IMG/VR virus record: IMGVR_UViG_3300037755_000305
Span: 120,112 to 184,111 of that record
Source: a virus
DNA: 64,000 nt
Strand: one strand, 5' to 3'
Every line of letters starts with the position of its first letter. Position 1 is the stretch's first letter. Positions 1-10,440 of this stretch are shown here, piece by piece. The notes beneath the pieces are model-generated. The model was not told the origin of the DNA. It saw only the letters and a list, made by a program, of their open reading frames with translations, and searched no databases. The position numbers and the translations under genes were made by a program.

Positions 1-340
1 CCATCTTGGTCGAGCCGTCCATGGCAGTTAGCTGTGCCGTGGAACCGGTACCGTCACCCGAAACAAGGTTGTTGTTACGGAGCTGTACCTCGTAGGGAGC
101 CGTGGACGGAACCGTCACACTCTCTACTTCGGACGTGGTGGCGTTGTCAGCGTTATCGCGAATTGCGAAACCGGCAATCAACAGAGAGGCGTCGTTAGTG
201 GCAGGAATTACTGCCTCGGCGCCGGTTGCTGCGTCAAGAACCGACTGAAGAAGAACACCTTCTTCGGTGATGACAGAACCAGCCTGGACTGGCTTCTCCA
301 GCACGATGCTGAAGTGGGATCGCTTTAGGTCGAAAGACAT
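1..340 (-). CDS. Partial virion/head protein, possibly capsid decoration; runs off the left edge
   Basis: ATG at 340, open to the window edge (MSFDLKRSHFSIVLEKPVQAGSVITEEGVLLQSV...). Not in the ORF track. Function inferred from position after the head genes. Confidence 0.55.
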   Translation of the reverse strand, partial: MSFDLKRSHFSIVLEKPVQAGSVITEEGVLLQSVLDAATGAEAVIPATNDASLLIAGFAIRDNADNATTSEVESVTVPSTAPYEVQLRNNNLVSGDGTGSTAQLTAMDGSTKM

Positions 341-371
341 TGTTTAGTTTCCTTTTGTCTTGTGGTCTAGC

Positions 372-2666
372 TTAGCTGGACCGGAAGGTTGACAATCGAA
401 CCCGCTGTCGAAGAGATGCTGTCACATCGTCGCGGGAAGCCTTCACCGGCGAAGCCGGGTTCGTGAAAGGCATGTTCCCCGCTTCGAGCTGCGAAGCAAA
501 GTCTTCGTGCATGGGAAGTCGGTTCCCGGTAGAGGCACTCGCCTCAACTAGGGAGTTGCTCTCAGGGATTGCCTTGGCGATTGCGTCACGCGCTTCGTCA
601 GGCAGGTCCATGAGTTCTTCAGCCTTGGCAAGAACAGCAGCGAAGAACGGTACGGAACCCTCTTCGAAACTGGCCTCAATGAGCCCAGCAGCGTCTCGGA
701 CGCCGATGCGTCCAAGTTCACTCCAGAGCGCAGCCTTGAGCTGATGATCCTCGCCACGGAAGAAGTTGTTGTTGTAACCGGCTAGAGCAATTCGTGTTGC
801 GGCCATGAAGCGGTCACGGAGATTGCCGACTGCTTCAGCCAACTTCTCGTCCATTTCTGCTTCTACCTTAGCGCGAATCTTCTCAGCCAACTTACCAGCT
901 TCGATCTTTGCGGCGTAGGGCTTTGCGTTGATGGCACTCAGAACGTCAACAACTCCGACCTTTGCCATTGCCTGAGCGATGTTCTCAGCGTAAGGACCGG
1001 AAAGGAACGTCGAGCGTACCTCTTCGGGCTTCGGCTGAGAAGCAAGCTCGACTCGGGCGACGGGGCGGCCGTTGATGTCGATGTTCCAGTGCGGATTGTC
1101 TTGATCGGCGTTGTAGAGGGACATTACTACGTCCTCTGCTGCGACGATACCGATGTCCTCGAAATTCGAGAGCATTTCTACATGAGCGGATTCTGCTGGG
1201 TCCATACCGTGCTGAGGCTCCATAAGCTCCTGCTGGAGCCACTCTTCGAGTGATTGTTCCATACCTGCATCGGGACCGGCAGCCGGAGCCATCGGCGCCG
1301 GAGCGCCGCCGCCGAGATCGCCACCCGGCATACCCATGCCTTCAGACGGAATCTCGGGCTCGTTTTCCGGCAGAACCGGAGGAATCCCAGGTACCATCTC
1401 GTCACCCAGTGGCATTTCCTGTGGGGCTTCCATGCTTAGAGGATCGACTGGAGCCTCGGGAAGTCCAAGCGGATCGGCCGTCGGGTCTGGCATTCCAGGA
1501 ACCGGAGGAGCCTCTACAGGAGCAGGGCCCCCCATCGGGTCCACTGGAGGCATTGCTGTAGCCTTCTTACGTGCAGCAGTAGGTGTGTTGCTCTCCTTGG
1601 CTCGATCGTCATCCTTGGCGGAAAAAGAATCAGAATCGACAGCGTTGCTATCTACCGAGGGAGAACCAGTCTGCTCGTCCGTCTCTGAACCTGCCTGAGC
1701 AGGGTGACGCTCCGGGTCAAGGAAGGGAACGTCGTCCAGGCTTACAACCTTGGGCTCTTCAAAACCATCGTCAGAAGAGGCGGGCTTGTGGGACGGGGAA
1801 CCGTTCTGGGGTCCATACAAGGTGATGTCGTCAATGCCTACCTCTTCCTTGTTTTCGTTCACCTGATCGACAGCCTGTACATACCACGCCTTGATCTGCT
1901 TGGCGAGCTTCGGGTTTGACTTGGCTTCAGCACTGTTCAGGAAGTTCTTAGCAATCGTCATCTTGCGGGCCGTGACGAATTTCTTGAGCCAAGAAAGAAC
2001 TTTGGTCGTCTGCTCAGCCTTCTCGGGAGCAGCGGCCTCAGCCGTGTGAAGATAGGCAAACCCGTAACGGGCCTGGGCCTCACGAGCTGCCTCAGGGGTG
2101 GGCTTCCATGCGTCAAGACCGGCACGAACCTGCTTGCGCTGTGCGTGCTTGGGGTTTCGGTCGAGCCACTGAAGAACCTTGACTGCCTTCTCGATGTTGG
2201 CATCAGCGTCTTCCGCCATGATCTTTCGTAGGTCGGCAATGTCGTCGGTCGTAAGAGCGTGTACAGAAGCGTGCGGGTCCTTAGGGGCCACAGAAAGCTC
2301 CTCCTCTAGTGTGTCGGGAAGCTGAACACTGGGGCCACCGCCGCCATTGTTCTTCTGCTGCTCACCGGCGTCATCGTCGGCAGCAGCCAGGGTCTCAGGA
2401 ATCTCTGGGTTGCCTTCTACGGCGGGCTTACCGTCGTAAGGAGGACCAACTTCGCCAGCTTCCTCGTTAGAACCCTGCTCATAAGCTCGGGTTTCGAGAT
2501 CAGGCGTGTCGGGGGAGTTGGTGTCAACCAGCTTTACCACGTCGTCTGCAATCTCGACATCAGTATCGTGCGTGCCGCCGCCGGGTCCGACTGCGGGATC
2601 AAGAGCGCCAGGATCACCGGCTGTTGCCTTGTGGCCAAGAGCCTTACGTACTTTGTTCAAATCCAT
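372..2666 (-). CDS. Large acidic, Pro-rich head-region protein (scaffold/internal-head-like)
   Basis: 764-aa ORF downstream of the prohead protease, with low-complexity acidic/Pro segments and a helical C-terminus. Function inferred from position only. Confidence 0.5.
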   Translation of the reverse strand: MDLNKVRKALGHKATAGDPGALDPAVGPGGGTHDTDVEIADDVVKLVDTNSPDTPDLETRAYEQGSNEEAGEVGPPYDGKPAVEGNPEIPETLAAADDDAGEQQKNNGGGGPSVQLPDTLEEELSVAPKDPHASVHALTTDDIADLRKIMAEDADANIEKAVKVLQWLDRNPKHAQRKQVRAGLDAWKPTPEAAREAQARYGFAYLHTAEAAAPEKAEQTTKVLSWLKKFVTARKMTIAKNFLNSAEAKSNPKLAKQIKAWYVQAVDQVNENKEEVGIDDITLYGPQNGSPSHKPASSDDGFEEPKVVSLDDVPFLDPERHPAQAGSETDEQTGSPSVDSNAVDSDSFSAKDDDRAKESNTPTAARKKATAMPPVDPMGGPAPVEAPPVPGMPDPTADPLGLPEAPVDPLSMEAPQEMPLGDEMVPGIPPVLPENEPEIPSEGMGMPGGDLGGGAPAPMAPAAGPDAGMEQSLEEWLQQELMEPQHGMDPAESAHVEMLSNFEDIGIVAAEDVVMSLYNADQDNPHWNIDINGRPVARVELASQPKPEEVRSTFLSGPYAENIAQAMAKVGVVDVLSAINAKPYAAKIEAGKLAEKIRAKVEAEMDEKLAEAVGNLRDRFMAATRIALAGYNNNFFRGEDHQLKAALWSELGRIGVRDAAGLIEASFEEGSVPFFAAVLAKAEELMDLPDEARDAIAKAIPESNSLVEASASTGNRLPMHEDFASQLEAGNMPFTNPASPVKASRDDVTASLRQRVRLSTFRSS

Positions 2667-2815
2667 TTTGAATATCCTCTTTTTAGAACTTTGGTTCTCT
2701 GGGCTCGGGATCGCTGTTTATTAGATGAGGAATCAATGGACCCACACCCGAGCCTTATTCATAGCAGGTGGATTTTGCTGCTGGTAACATATATATAACC
2801 ACTCAAAAGGATGAA

Positions 2816-3268
2816 TTATCCTCTGTTTTTTCTACCGCGCATCAAAGCGCTTCCATAATCACTTAGAGCACCGCAAGCAGGGCAATGACAATTATTGGCG
2901 TGATCCGAAGACGTTATATAGGAAAAGGCACAAGAATCGCAAGAATGCAGCAATTTCGAGAACTTAGAGGTAGACAGAGCCTTCTGTACATCCTCGTAAG
3001 AGATAGGCCCTTGGTATTTCATGGGCTTACCGTTTAGCGGGCTGAAAATCTCGCTAGTCATGCGCGAAGAGATGGTATTTTCTCCGTCAGAGAACAATCC
3101 ATAACTGAAGCCGCCATCCGGGGGCGGACCGAAATATGAATAACCACCTTCTTCACCGATAGGTTCGAGGGCAACGGGTTTTGAAACATGTGGGTTATAG
3201 TGGTACCCTCCGTGACCGTAACCAACGACCTTCCAGTTAAGCGATTCTGCTAGCTTCTTAGTATACAT
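2816..3268 (-). CDS. Hypothetical protein with C-terminal Zn ribbon
   Basis: CDSC...CHCPAC; coupled to the upstream gene. Confidence 0.6.
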   Translation of the reverse strand: MYTKKLAESLNWKVVGYGHGGYHYNPHVSKPVALEPIGEEGGYSYFGPPPDGGFSYGLFSDGENTISSRMTSEIFSPLNGKPMKYQGPISYEDVQKALSTSKFSKLLHSCDSCAFSYITSSDHANNCHCPACGALSDYGSALMRGRKNRG

Positions 3269-4026
3269 TACCAGTTAAATTCTCCCACCATAGAATAGGA
3301 CTTGAAAGACTTACCGGGAATGCTGCGCTTCGTAACACTGTTTTCGGCGTCTTCAATGCGCTTAGCGCCCTTGGGTTTCTCGTGTGTCTTTACGCCCCTG
3401 TCTATGATTGACTTTAGACCCCAAGCCGGGTGCTCGCCGTGCTCGCCGTGCTCGCCGGTGTCGTCAAAAGTTTCAGACTTGTGCGTAGACCAATTCAATT
3501 TTGCTGCTACACTTCCCATCATAGTTCTCTCGTAGTAGTCTCTGTCTCCGCCTCGTTGCCACTGTGGAGGAAGAGGTGCGGTATACTCGCTAGGGCTATC
3601 AATCAAATTTAACAACTGGTCATTAGGAACGTACTCATCGTCCAACATGATTTCGTTTTGGTCATCTTGCATCCAACCCTGGTTATCGGGTGTTGTGTTC
3701 GGGTTGCATTTGCCAATCTTGGGATCTTCTCCCTCTTCGCACGGTCGGGCCTCGGAAACGTCAGTACGCCAGCTCAATAGCTCAGCCATAGGAAATCCTA
3801 CACCTCGATAAGTTTCGTCTATTTGTGTAAGCTCTTCACTGACTGTGTGATCCGTCTTGTGCTTTTCCTTACGATTATAACCTTTTCCGCCTTTTTTACT
3901 GCTTTGTGGTCCGGCACTATTTTGGTTCACATCCTTATGCACTTCACGACTGGCTCGTCGAAGATCCTTAGAGATTTTCGGAGTCTTCTGTCCGCTGCCT
4001 TGTCTTCGTGTAGGTCCCTTTCCCAT
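3268..4026 (-). CDS. Hypothetical head-region protein
   Basis: 252 aa, basic N-terminus; carries RPCEEGEDPKIGKCNPNTTP, a motif shared with the 24408 protein. Confidence 0.6.
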   Translation of the reverse strand: MGKGPTRRQGSGQKTPKISKDLRRASREVHKDVNQNSAGPQSSKKGGKGYNRKEKHKTDHTVSEELTQIDETYRGVGFPMAELLSWRTDVSEARPCEEGEDPKIGKCNPNTTPDNQGWMQDDQNEIMLDDEYVPNDQLLNLIDSPSEYTAPLPPQWQRGGDRDYYERTMMGSVAAKLNWSTHKSETFDDTGEHGEHGEHPAWGLKSIIDRGVKTHEKPKGAKRIEDAENSVTKRSIPGKSFKSYSMVGEFNW

Positions 4027-4032
4027 AACATG

Positions 4033-4773
4033 CTACCGGATAGAATCTGACAAGGCTGTCGGATCTGCCGGGTCCTCTACGGAACTCTGCTCAAAGAACT
4101 GCACGCCAGCGCAAAGCTGATAGACAAGTCGACTATCCACGATAGATCCCTTACCCATTGCCATGCACCGACATGGCTTCTTGATGACTTCGACCTCGCC
4201 ACAGTTGGAGCACACGAAGTTCTGCACCAAAGCACCCATAGAGTAGCCGTTTCGGCGACCCGACAGGATGTCTGCTACAAGTTTCTGGTCCTTTGTGCGG
4301 TCGAAACCAGCAAGAGTCCTAATCTTCCATACGTTGTACGCTGGCACAAACTGGAGGGTAGAGTCGAAATGAACGCCCTTAGCCTCCAGTGGGTCAGAGT
4401 TTTTGTGGTCGATGTGCGTCGGGCGTCCTGTGAAGGTCTGATAAACCAGCGAACCTTGCATGTTGTCGAAGAAAGAAACCTCTTCGTAGGGGAACGCCTG
4501 AAGATTCCGGTTCGGGATATCAATCGTCACAGACGGAATGTCAACAATTACGTAGTCGTTGATGTCTCCGCTGATCTTGTAAGTGTCCGCAGCAGCCTGA
4601 AGCCAAGAAACATCAATGTCTCGCTTGAAATTGCTGGAAATTTCCTTGCCTTCTAGAACACTGGCAGTTACGCCCCTACCTTTGTCGTACTGGTAGGACT
4701 TATTACGTGCTTCGACCTTGTGCTCCGCCGAAACAACGGAGCCGTGTACAATATGGGGTGAATGTTCTGCCAT
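4033..4773 (-). CDS. Putative prohead protease
   Basis: GRPTHIDH...AKG and DILSGRRNGYSMGA (His/Ser motifs of HK97-type prohead proteases), followed by CSNC; downstream of the portal. Confidence 0.65.
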   Translation of the reverse strand: MAEHSPHIVHGSVVSAEHKVEARNKSYQYDKGRGVTASVLEGKEISSNFKRDIDVSWLQAAADTYKISGDINDYVIVDIPSVTIDIPNRNLQAFPYEEVSFFDNMQGSLVYQTFTGRPTHIDHKNSDPLEAKGVHFDSTLQFVPAYNVWKIRTLAGFDRTKDQKLVADILSGRRNGYSMGALVQNFVCSNCGEVEVIKKPCRCMAMGKGSIVDSRLVYQLCAGVQFFEQSSVEDPADPTALSDSIR

Positions 4774-4807
4774 TTTCCCTCCTAACGGCCGGTACTTAGA
4801 ATATAAG

Positions 4808-5758
4808 CTACGAATTCAGCCTTTCCCACAGAGAAGCTGTGCAGATCTTTTGATTAACTTGAGAACTTACCGCTTTGCGCAACACTTCTTCGTTCACAGG
4901 GATACTTGAAATAGTGCGCTCGTAAGACTGTTCTGTCAAAGGCAGAACCACATTCGGAAGTGTATTAGCTCCCAGGCGCATGAAAGCATAACATTGTCCG
5001 TAATCGTCCCACTCACCAAGAAGCTCGCCATCGCGAGAAAGAGCTAGTTTTCCACCACGGGCTTCAAACTTAAGACTTCCAGTAGGGTCGGAGTCTCGAA
5101 AATTCTCTGTCTTACTGATTACTTGACCCCTCTTACTGTTGAGGAAATCCAGCCACTTTCCAATATGGGTCTGTGCTACTGTGTATTGTATTTCGCAGTT
5201 GGTTCGAAGCTTCGAACGTAAACGATCGGCAACAGCCGCCGAAACCGGAGACGGCTTGGCGGGATTGGCAGGCATTTCTGGCATTGCTTGGTCAGCCTTA
5301 GCAAGGCGAGACAGTACCCCTCCTGCCTGTTGCAGGTAAGAATCTTCCATCATCTTAGCTCGATCTTTATGTGCCTGTTCTTGGGCCTCTTGTGGGTATA
5401 GCTGACTGAACAAGTCACACTTACGACAGAACTGCTTGATGAGACCAGCCTGCTCCTTGGCTTGCGTGGCAACGTTCTCCAGAGTAGACATGTATGCCTT
5501 CTCTTCGCCCAGAATCTTTCCTGCAATGTCTCCGCCTACGTGATAGCGCTTTCCATCCCGCTTAACTACCTCGAAATTGCATCCATTGATAGGCACTTCA
5601 AGCATGTAGATAGCAGCTAGCTTGGGGTGACGTAGGTTAAAGCGCATGTCGAAAGCCAACACCTCGTTCAGCTTTACGATGTCTTCCGCAAAGCCGTGTA
5701 CGATAGCCGATCCCGCCAACGCAGTAATTTTCTTGATGCTGTCAGATTGATTGCTCAT
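4808..5758 (-). CDS. Hypothetical head-region protein
   Basis: 316-aa ORF coupled to the SOD gene; ends SLWERLNS. Confidence 0.6.
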   Translation of the reverse strand: MSNQSDSIKKITALAGSAIVHGFAEDIVKLNEVLAFDMRFNLRHPKLAAIYMLEVPINGCNFEVVKRDGKRYHVGGDIAGKILGEEKAYMSTLENVATQAKEQAGLIKQFCRKCDLFSQLYPQEAQEQAHKDRAKMMEDSYLQQAGGVLSRLAKADQAMPEMPANPAKPSPVSAAVADRLRSKLRTNCEIQYTVAQTHIGKWLDFLNSKRGQVISKTENFRDSDPTGSLKFEARGGKLALSRDGELLGEWDDYGQCYAFMRLGANTLPNVVLPLTEQSYERTISSIPVNEEVLRKAVSSQVNQKICTASLWERLNS

Positions 5759-6729
5759 TACTCGTCCTCTCGAAGCTTTTCCCAGAGACTCTCTCGGAAA
5801 CGCGCGTTCTTACCGCGCACTTCTTCGTCAAACATTTCGTCTTCAGACTTGAAAGTGATTTTGGCTAATGCTTTAATTCTATCTCGTGCAGCTTCCAGAT
5901 CAGCTCTCGTTACTCCTCCCTCAACAGAGCTTTGTACTCTGGGATTGGGAGAAATAGACTTTTCATTTCTGGAATCTAACCCTTCAACATGCGGTCCGCC
6001 ATTTTCGTTATAGAAGTTTTCATCAGGGAAACCAAAATCATCTCTCTGCTCACTAAGCAGGTTTCTTACGTAATCTTCTGCCTGCTCGGGAATAGCTGTT
6101 CGCATAAGCTCAGAAGCATTTTGGATGACTCCAACTCTGTGCTCAATGATGCTCCAGTTGATGCTCTTGGCTATGTGTTCAAGATACGTACCCTTATCAA
6201 TTCCGTACTGCTGGGCGTATGCGTGCTCGTGACAGTCAATAACCAGAATAGGCCACAGACCTACCAAACACGGTCCAGCGTCGTTATCCATCATAGTAAC
6301 GTCTAGTTTGCCACCTACAGTGTCCCAACCAACAAGGCACCACCCGCGAGCCGCCTGTGCCGTAGGCTTGACAATATGCGACCAAAAATCAGTAGCCTTT
6401 ACGTGCGGGAACTGGGATTGTACCAAAGAAGTAAATTGCGAACCGGCAGGCATTGGAGCACTCTTAGGCGGCAATATAATGTTCTCGAAGAACAGCTCGT
6501 GTAGCATGACAGAGTTCGATAGGGATGTCTTATCGTTTTCTATGTCCCGCCATTCTCCAGAAGTGTTGGATGCTGACCTAAGTCTCTCGGGATCATACGG
6601 ATTAGAGAGCTTGCCCATAGTGTCGTTCAATTTATTCACGGACATCTCGTAAAGTTTCCAATGGTCCTCGAACATCTTGGTAGACAACTCGGGAGCGAGA
6701 TTAGCGAATCTGTAATGTTTCGGCTGCAT
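5758..6729 (-). CDS. Fe/Mn superoxide dismutase family protein with C-terminal extension
   Basis: Four metal ligands are recognisable: EDHWKLY, MLHELFFEN and IDCHEHAY (variant of DxWEHAY); GWCLVGWD strand; about 115 extra C-terminal residues. Confidence 0.85.
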   Translation of the reverse strand: MQPKHYRFANLAPELSTKMFEDHWKLYEMSVNKLNDTMGKLSNPYDPERLRSASNTSGEWRDIENDKTSLSNSVMLHELFFENIILPPKSAPMPAGSQFTSLVQSQFPHVKATDFWSHIVKPTAQAARGWCLVGWDTVGGKLDVTMMDNDAGPCLVGLWPILVIDCHEHAYAQQYGIDKGTYLEHIAKSINWSIIEHRVGVIQNASELMRTAIPEQAEDYVRNLLSEQRDDFGFPDENFYNENGGPHVEGLDSRNEKSISPNPRVQSSVEGGVTRADLEAARDRIKALAKITFKSEDEMFDEEVRGKNARFRESLWEKLREDE

Positions 6730-6730
6730 G

Positions 6731-9700
6731 CTATATCCCCGTTATGGCTGAGGGGGAGAACGGGCTAACGTCCTTTCCTGCCTTCGATAGAAGACTCTCT
6801 TTTTCGTCAGTAGAGAACTCTGGTGACATCATCTTGGCCAACGTCTCAAATTCTGCGTGTACGGCCTTCTTTTTCTTGCTGCTTTCCGTTTCTGTTCCAA
6901 TCTTGAACAGGTGCTCAGAGATGGACTCATAGGTGGATTCCTCCATTGGGAGGACAGTAGAAACGCCAAGCCGTCTTAGAAGATAAGCCATAAGCTCTGT
7001 CTTCACTGGGTTTCCATCTACCATACCGCTGATAGTGCGTAAGGTTTCTCCGGGACTACTGAGTTTGGAAAGGTTGCGCTTGTTCTCAACAAAATGCTCG
7101 ATAATATCTAGAGCTTCGTCGGAAGAAAGGCTCAAGAACCTATTATTTCGATCCCAGACAGGGATTGCTCGAAGCCCCAAGCTGGACATGACTTCCTGCT
7201 CTAGGGCTTGATCGCCTGTGAATTGCTTGCGCCACTCTGCTATACGGGTGCGATATCGAGAATCTTCTCCCAGCTCTTCCATCATCTCTTCGAGATTCAG
7301 ACCGGCACCAGAGGCCCATTGCTTCAAGGTGACGGGAACGCCTGCTTCGTCAACGGATTGAAGCATCTCTAGGAAGTTCATGTCGCCTTCAGGTTGTAGC
7401 TTCTTATCCCATACGATCTTTGGCATCAAGAGATCTTCTCTGGGAATCTCGTGCGCTTGTTTCCAATTTACCGTGTTGCCTCTGCGAGGTCCTCTGCCGT
7501 GGCTCCTGGAACCGGGCTTGGTGAAACCGTGTACTCTGGCAATAGTGGCGAAGATCTTCTCGTAAAAAACTCTTCGGTCCATATAAGCTCTCAGGGTCCG
7601 CAAGGACTCCATGAACACTGAGAGCGCTGTTTCCATGTTGTTATACGTATTGGAAACCATGATGGAATTAGCCGCAAAAAGGTGCTCGGAGCCATCTTCC
7701 AAAGTCAAGCAATAAGTGTTTTTCTCTCCAACATCTTCGATACTTTCTACAGGGGTAAAGAAATACCGATTACTAATCAGGTCCGCGCAAAAAGCAGAAC
7801 GATCTTCACAGATTTCCAAATCCTCATAAGAAACGGCAGAGTAATTGAACTTCTTTCGAGTAGTGGTTTTGTATATCCCAGAAACGTATTCACAAGGCGC
7901 CCCAAAACCAGAAACCGCGCCAGAAGACATTTCAGATGCTATGGACACTTTAGGAAGCTCACGGAAGCGATCTGGAATCAACGATACCAGTTCGTTGGTG
8001 TCTCTCGGACCCAAAACAAGTCTGTAGCAATTCTCGCCATGGGGCTGAATAACGCCAAAAGCAATACCGTTAGAGGCGAGGATAGAGTTCATCTGTAACA
8101 CGAGTTTATGGCTTGACGAGATAAACTGGACAGACTTTCTGGATAGGTTTACATTTCCATCCCCCTCCAAGAACCCAGCGACGAACGCCATCTGTGAACT
8201 TGGGTCTGCTTGTAGCACAGACCACGGAACTATTTTGTGATAGGAGGCGCTCTTACCGTTCAGCTTCCCGCCTGAGTAGCAACCAAGCTCAGTTAGCCAC
8301 TCTACGAGAGTTTTGCTGCACACTATAGAGTCGTAGCACTTCTTAGTAGGGGCAAAACATGTATCATACTTACCGGAGGTAAGATAAATCTTAGTTCCCA
8401 AACCAAAAACACTATACATGAGGCTGTCATAGACCGATAGCAGTTCAGTATTACTATTGGAGAATCTTACTTGACTTGCCTTTGGGAGGATAGAGCCCTC
8501 GCTAACAACAAGACCCAACAAGAACGCCAGCTCTGGGGTCATTGTCTCAGGCTTCTTTACAACTTTTCTTTGACCGCCGTGAGAAACATTGACGGGGTTG
8601 GATAGCTTTAGGGTTAGTTCTACACTTCTTGTGTAAGGCTTAGTGGTAGAGCACAAGAGGTCGCCAACACTCAAAGAGTCAGCTCGAACCATTTCAAAAG
8701 CCCCATCCCTAAGAACCCACATTGGATGATTACCAGTAACTTCTACACTATTTCCAATGGCGTTAGTCACTCTCAAAACAGGCTTTACACCGTTATCAAG
8801 CCACTTAACGACCTTAGATGGCCCGTTGTGAGAACTTACACTAAGCCCGTCTATCTCCCTCCAGGTCCCCCAGCGATCTTCAGTTTCGTTTGTTCCAACA
8901 TCGCCGATTTTCTCAATCTCGATTAGACCTTTGTCCGTCTGAACAAGCGTGTCTCCAGAAACACAGGCATCACCGGAAAGGAAGGCGTCTGAAATTCCAA
9001 GGGCCCTCATTTTTCCTTCCGTGAGGAAGGCCCATTCATCAGAAAGCTTCCAGAAATCTGCTCCCGCTTTTACTTCATTGGTCTCAACACCAGTTCGAGT
9101 TGTAACAACAGCACCTACAGGATCTTCATCCGCCTGAATGAATAGACCTGAGATAGCTTCCAATTCGTCTTCTGTTGGCTCCCAAAGGTTGTCCAGACCG
9201 GCTGTGATGTGCAGAATAGAGCGAGTGCGCCTTCTCGCGTTGGTTACCGTACTTTCTATTAGAGACTTCTCCAGAGCCCAGAAGCTAACAATGCGTGTAA
9301 GGAATGAAGTTCCAACGTAATCATAGGGGTTAGCCCGACGAGGTACGAACAGAGTGTTCAATGGATTCAGTTTATACGTTCCGGTCTTCTCAAACTCATC
9401 GAAGAACTCGGGAGGTAGGCTGTCTCGAACGTTAACGTCTCTCGGGTCCATAGAATGCAAGAAGTTCTTCAGAGCAGGAGACGCCACAAGGTCAATCTTA
9501 GGATCGAATCCACGAACCGGAATAGGCTCTATGCGCAGGAAGTCTGGATCGTGAGTTGTCCAGTCTGTGAAAACGCCAGAACGACGATCGAAAATCAAAG
9601 ATGAGCAGAAACGCCCAATCATCAGGAACTCTCGAACCAACTCCGGCATCATCGTAACGATGTCGAGCCGCTCCATGGTATCCTTGTATACCTGCATGAT

Positions 9701-10105
9701 GGCAGGGTCGTCAATACCCGTCAAACGGCATTCGGAATAAGGCAGATTGGAATATAGATCTACTGCCGGACCGACAATGGCGTCCCGTAGATAGATTAGA
9801 CGCCACAATTGGTTGAGACCTGTTTGGTCTCTGGGCATCCAATCTTCAATTACCGATCCTATCTCAAGACTGTCATGAACAGGGTTAAAGCGAGAAATAT
9901 CGTAGTTTCCGCCCCCGTGACCGAAAGAACTGCCACCCCCGCCGCCGCCAGAGCCGCCACCCCCGCCGCCGCCGCCGGGCGAGCCGAAGCTTCCGCCAAT
10001 GTTGGCAGTTACCTTAGTTTTGGCAGTGGTCTTGGTCTTACCAATACGCCCCCCGGGGCTACCGTGAGGCGTTCTGGCTCGTCCTTGTCCAAAGTGAAAT
10101 TTCAT
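6731..10105 (-). CDS. Portal protein interrupted by an intein
   Basis: Lies between terminase and protease; Gly-rich N-terminus; exteins join as ...AFLSGDA/TYNNMETALSVF. Confidence 0.8.
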   Translation of the reverse strand: MKFHFGQGRARTPHGSPGGRIGKTKTTAKTKVTANIGGSFGSPGGGGGGGGSGGGGGGSSFGHGGGNYDISRFNPVHDSLEIGSVIEDWMPRDQTGLNQLWRLIYLRDAIVGPAVDLYSNLPYSECRLTGIDDPAIMQVYKDTMERLDIVTMMPELVREFLMIGRFCSSLIFDRRSGVFTDWTTHDPDFLRIEPIPVRGFDPKIDLVASPALKNFLHSMDPRDVNVRDSLPPEFFDEFEKTGTYKLNPLNTLFVPRRANPYDYVGTSFLTRIVSFWALEKSLIESTVTNARRRTRSILHITAGLDNLWEPTEDELEAISGLFIQADEDPVGAVVTTRTGVETNEVKAGADFWKLSDEWAFLTEGKMRALGISDAFLSGDACVSGDTLVQTDKGLIEIEKIGDVGTNETEDRWGTWREIDGLSVSSHNGPSKVVKWLDNGVKPVLRVTNAIGNSVEVTGNHPMWVLRDGAFEMVRADSLSVGDLLCSTTKPYTRSVELTLKLSNPVNVSHGGQRKVVKKPETMTPELAFLLGLVVSEGSILPKASQVRFSNSNTELLSVYDSLMYSVFGLGTKIYLTSGKYDTCFAPTKKCYDSIVCSKTLVEWLTELGCYSGGKLNGKSASYHKIVPWSVLQADPSSQMAFVAGFLEGDGNVNLSRKSVQFISSSHKLVLQMNSILASNGIAFGVIQPHGENCYRLVLGPRDTNELVSLIPDRFRELPKVSIASEMSSGAVSGFGAPCEYVSGIYKTTTRKKFNYSAVSYEDLEICEDRSAFCADLISNRYFFTPVESIEDVGEKNTYCLTLEDGSEHLFAANSIMVSNTYNNMETALSVFMESLRTLRAYMDRRVFYEKIFATIARVHGFTKPGSRSHGRGPRRGNTVNWKQAHEIPREDLLMPKIVWDKKLQPEGDMNFLEMLQSVDEAGVPVTLKQWASGAGLNLEEMMEELGEDSRYRTRIAEWRKQFTGDQALEQEVMSSLGLRAIPVWDRNNRFLSLSSDEALDIIEHFVENKRNLSKLSSPGETLRTISGMVDGNPVKTELMAYLLRRLGVSTVLPMEESTYESISEHLFKIGTETESSKKKKAVHAEFETLAKMMSPEFSTDEKESLLSKAGKDVSPFSPSAITGI
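7649..8965 (-). mobile_element. Intein (439 aa) with LAGLIDADG homing endonuclease
   Basis: Starts CVSGDTLVQT; block B VEVTGNHP; LAGLIDADG motifs LLGLVVSEGS and FVAGFLEGDG; ends ...HLFAANSIMVSN followed by Thr(+1). Confidence 0.9.
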
Positions 10106-10107
10106 GA

Positions 10108-10440
10108 TTACTCAACTGTCGGCATGCAGACGTTGTGGACTGGGCAAAAGAACGCGGGCCTTGCTCCAGCGATGGTTACAGGGGTCATATGGGCGTAGCA
10201 GATAGGACATTCATCCACGCGAGACGGATACTCTACTGGGCGAATGAGAGCGTTGTTTGCCTTTACCACATTAGCTTCTCCTCGCCGAATTCCCGCCAAA
10301 ACAGCCTCTACTTTCTTCTCGGAATCAGCACCAGCAACCTGCGCAGTGGTGCGCAATTTTCGAGTCTGCTCCAAAGAAAGCTTTAGTCTTTGCGCCACTC
10401 TGGATACGATATCGTCCATGGAAAGCCCCCTAACGGCCAC
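10108..10440 (-). CDS. Small Zn-ribbon protein
   Basis: CPIC...CPVHNVC; between terminase and portal. Confidence 0.65.
   Translation of the reverse strand: MAVRGLSMDDIVSRVAQRLKLSLEQTRKLRTTAQVAGADSEKKVEAVLAGIRRGEANVVKANNALIRPVEYPSRVDECPICYAHMTPVTIAGARPAFFCPVHNVCMPTVE

Noticed and set aside
3430-3457. 9-bp tandem repeat (GEH x3)
   Set aside because: An ordinary in-frame coding microrepeat.
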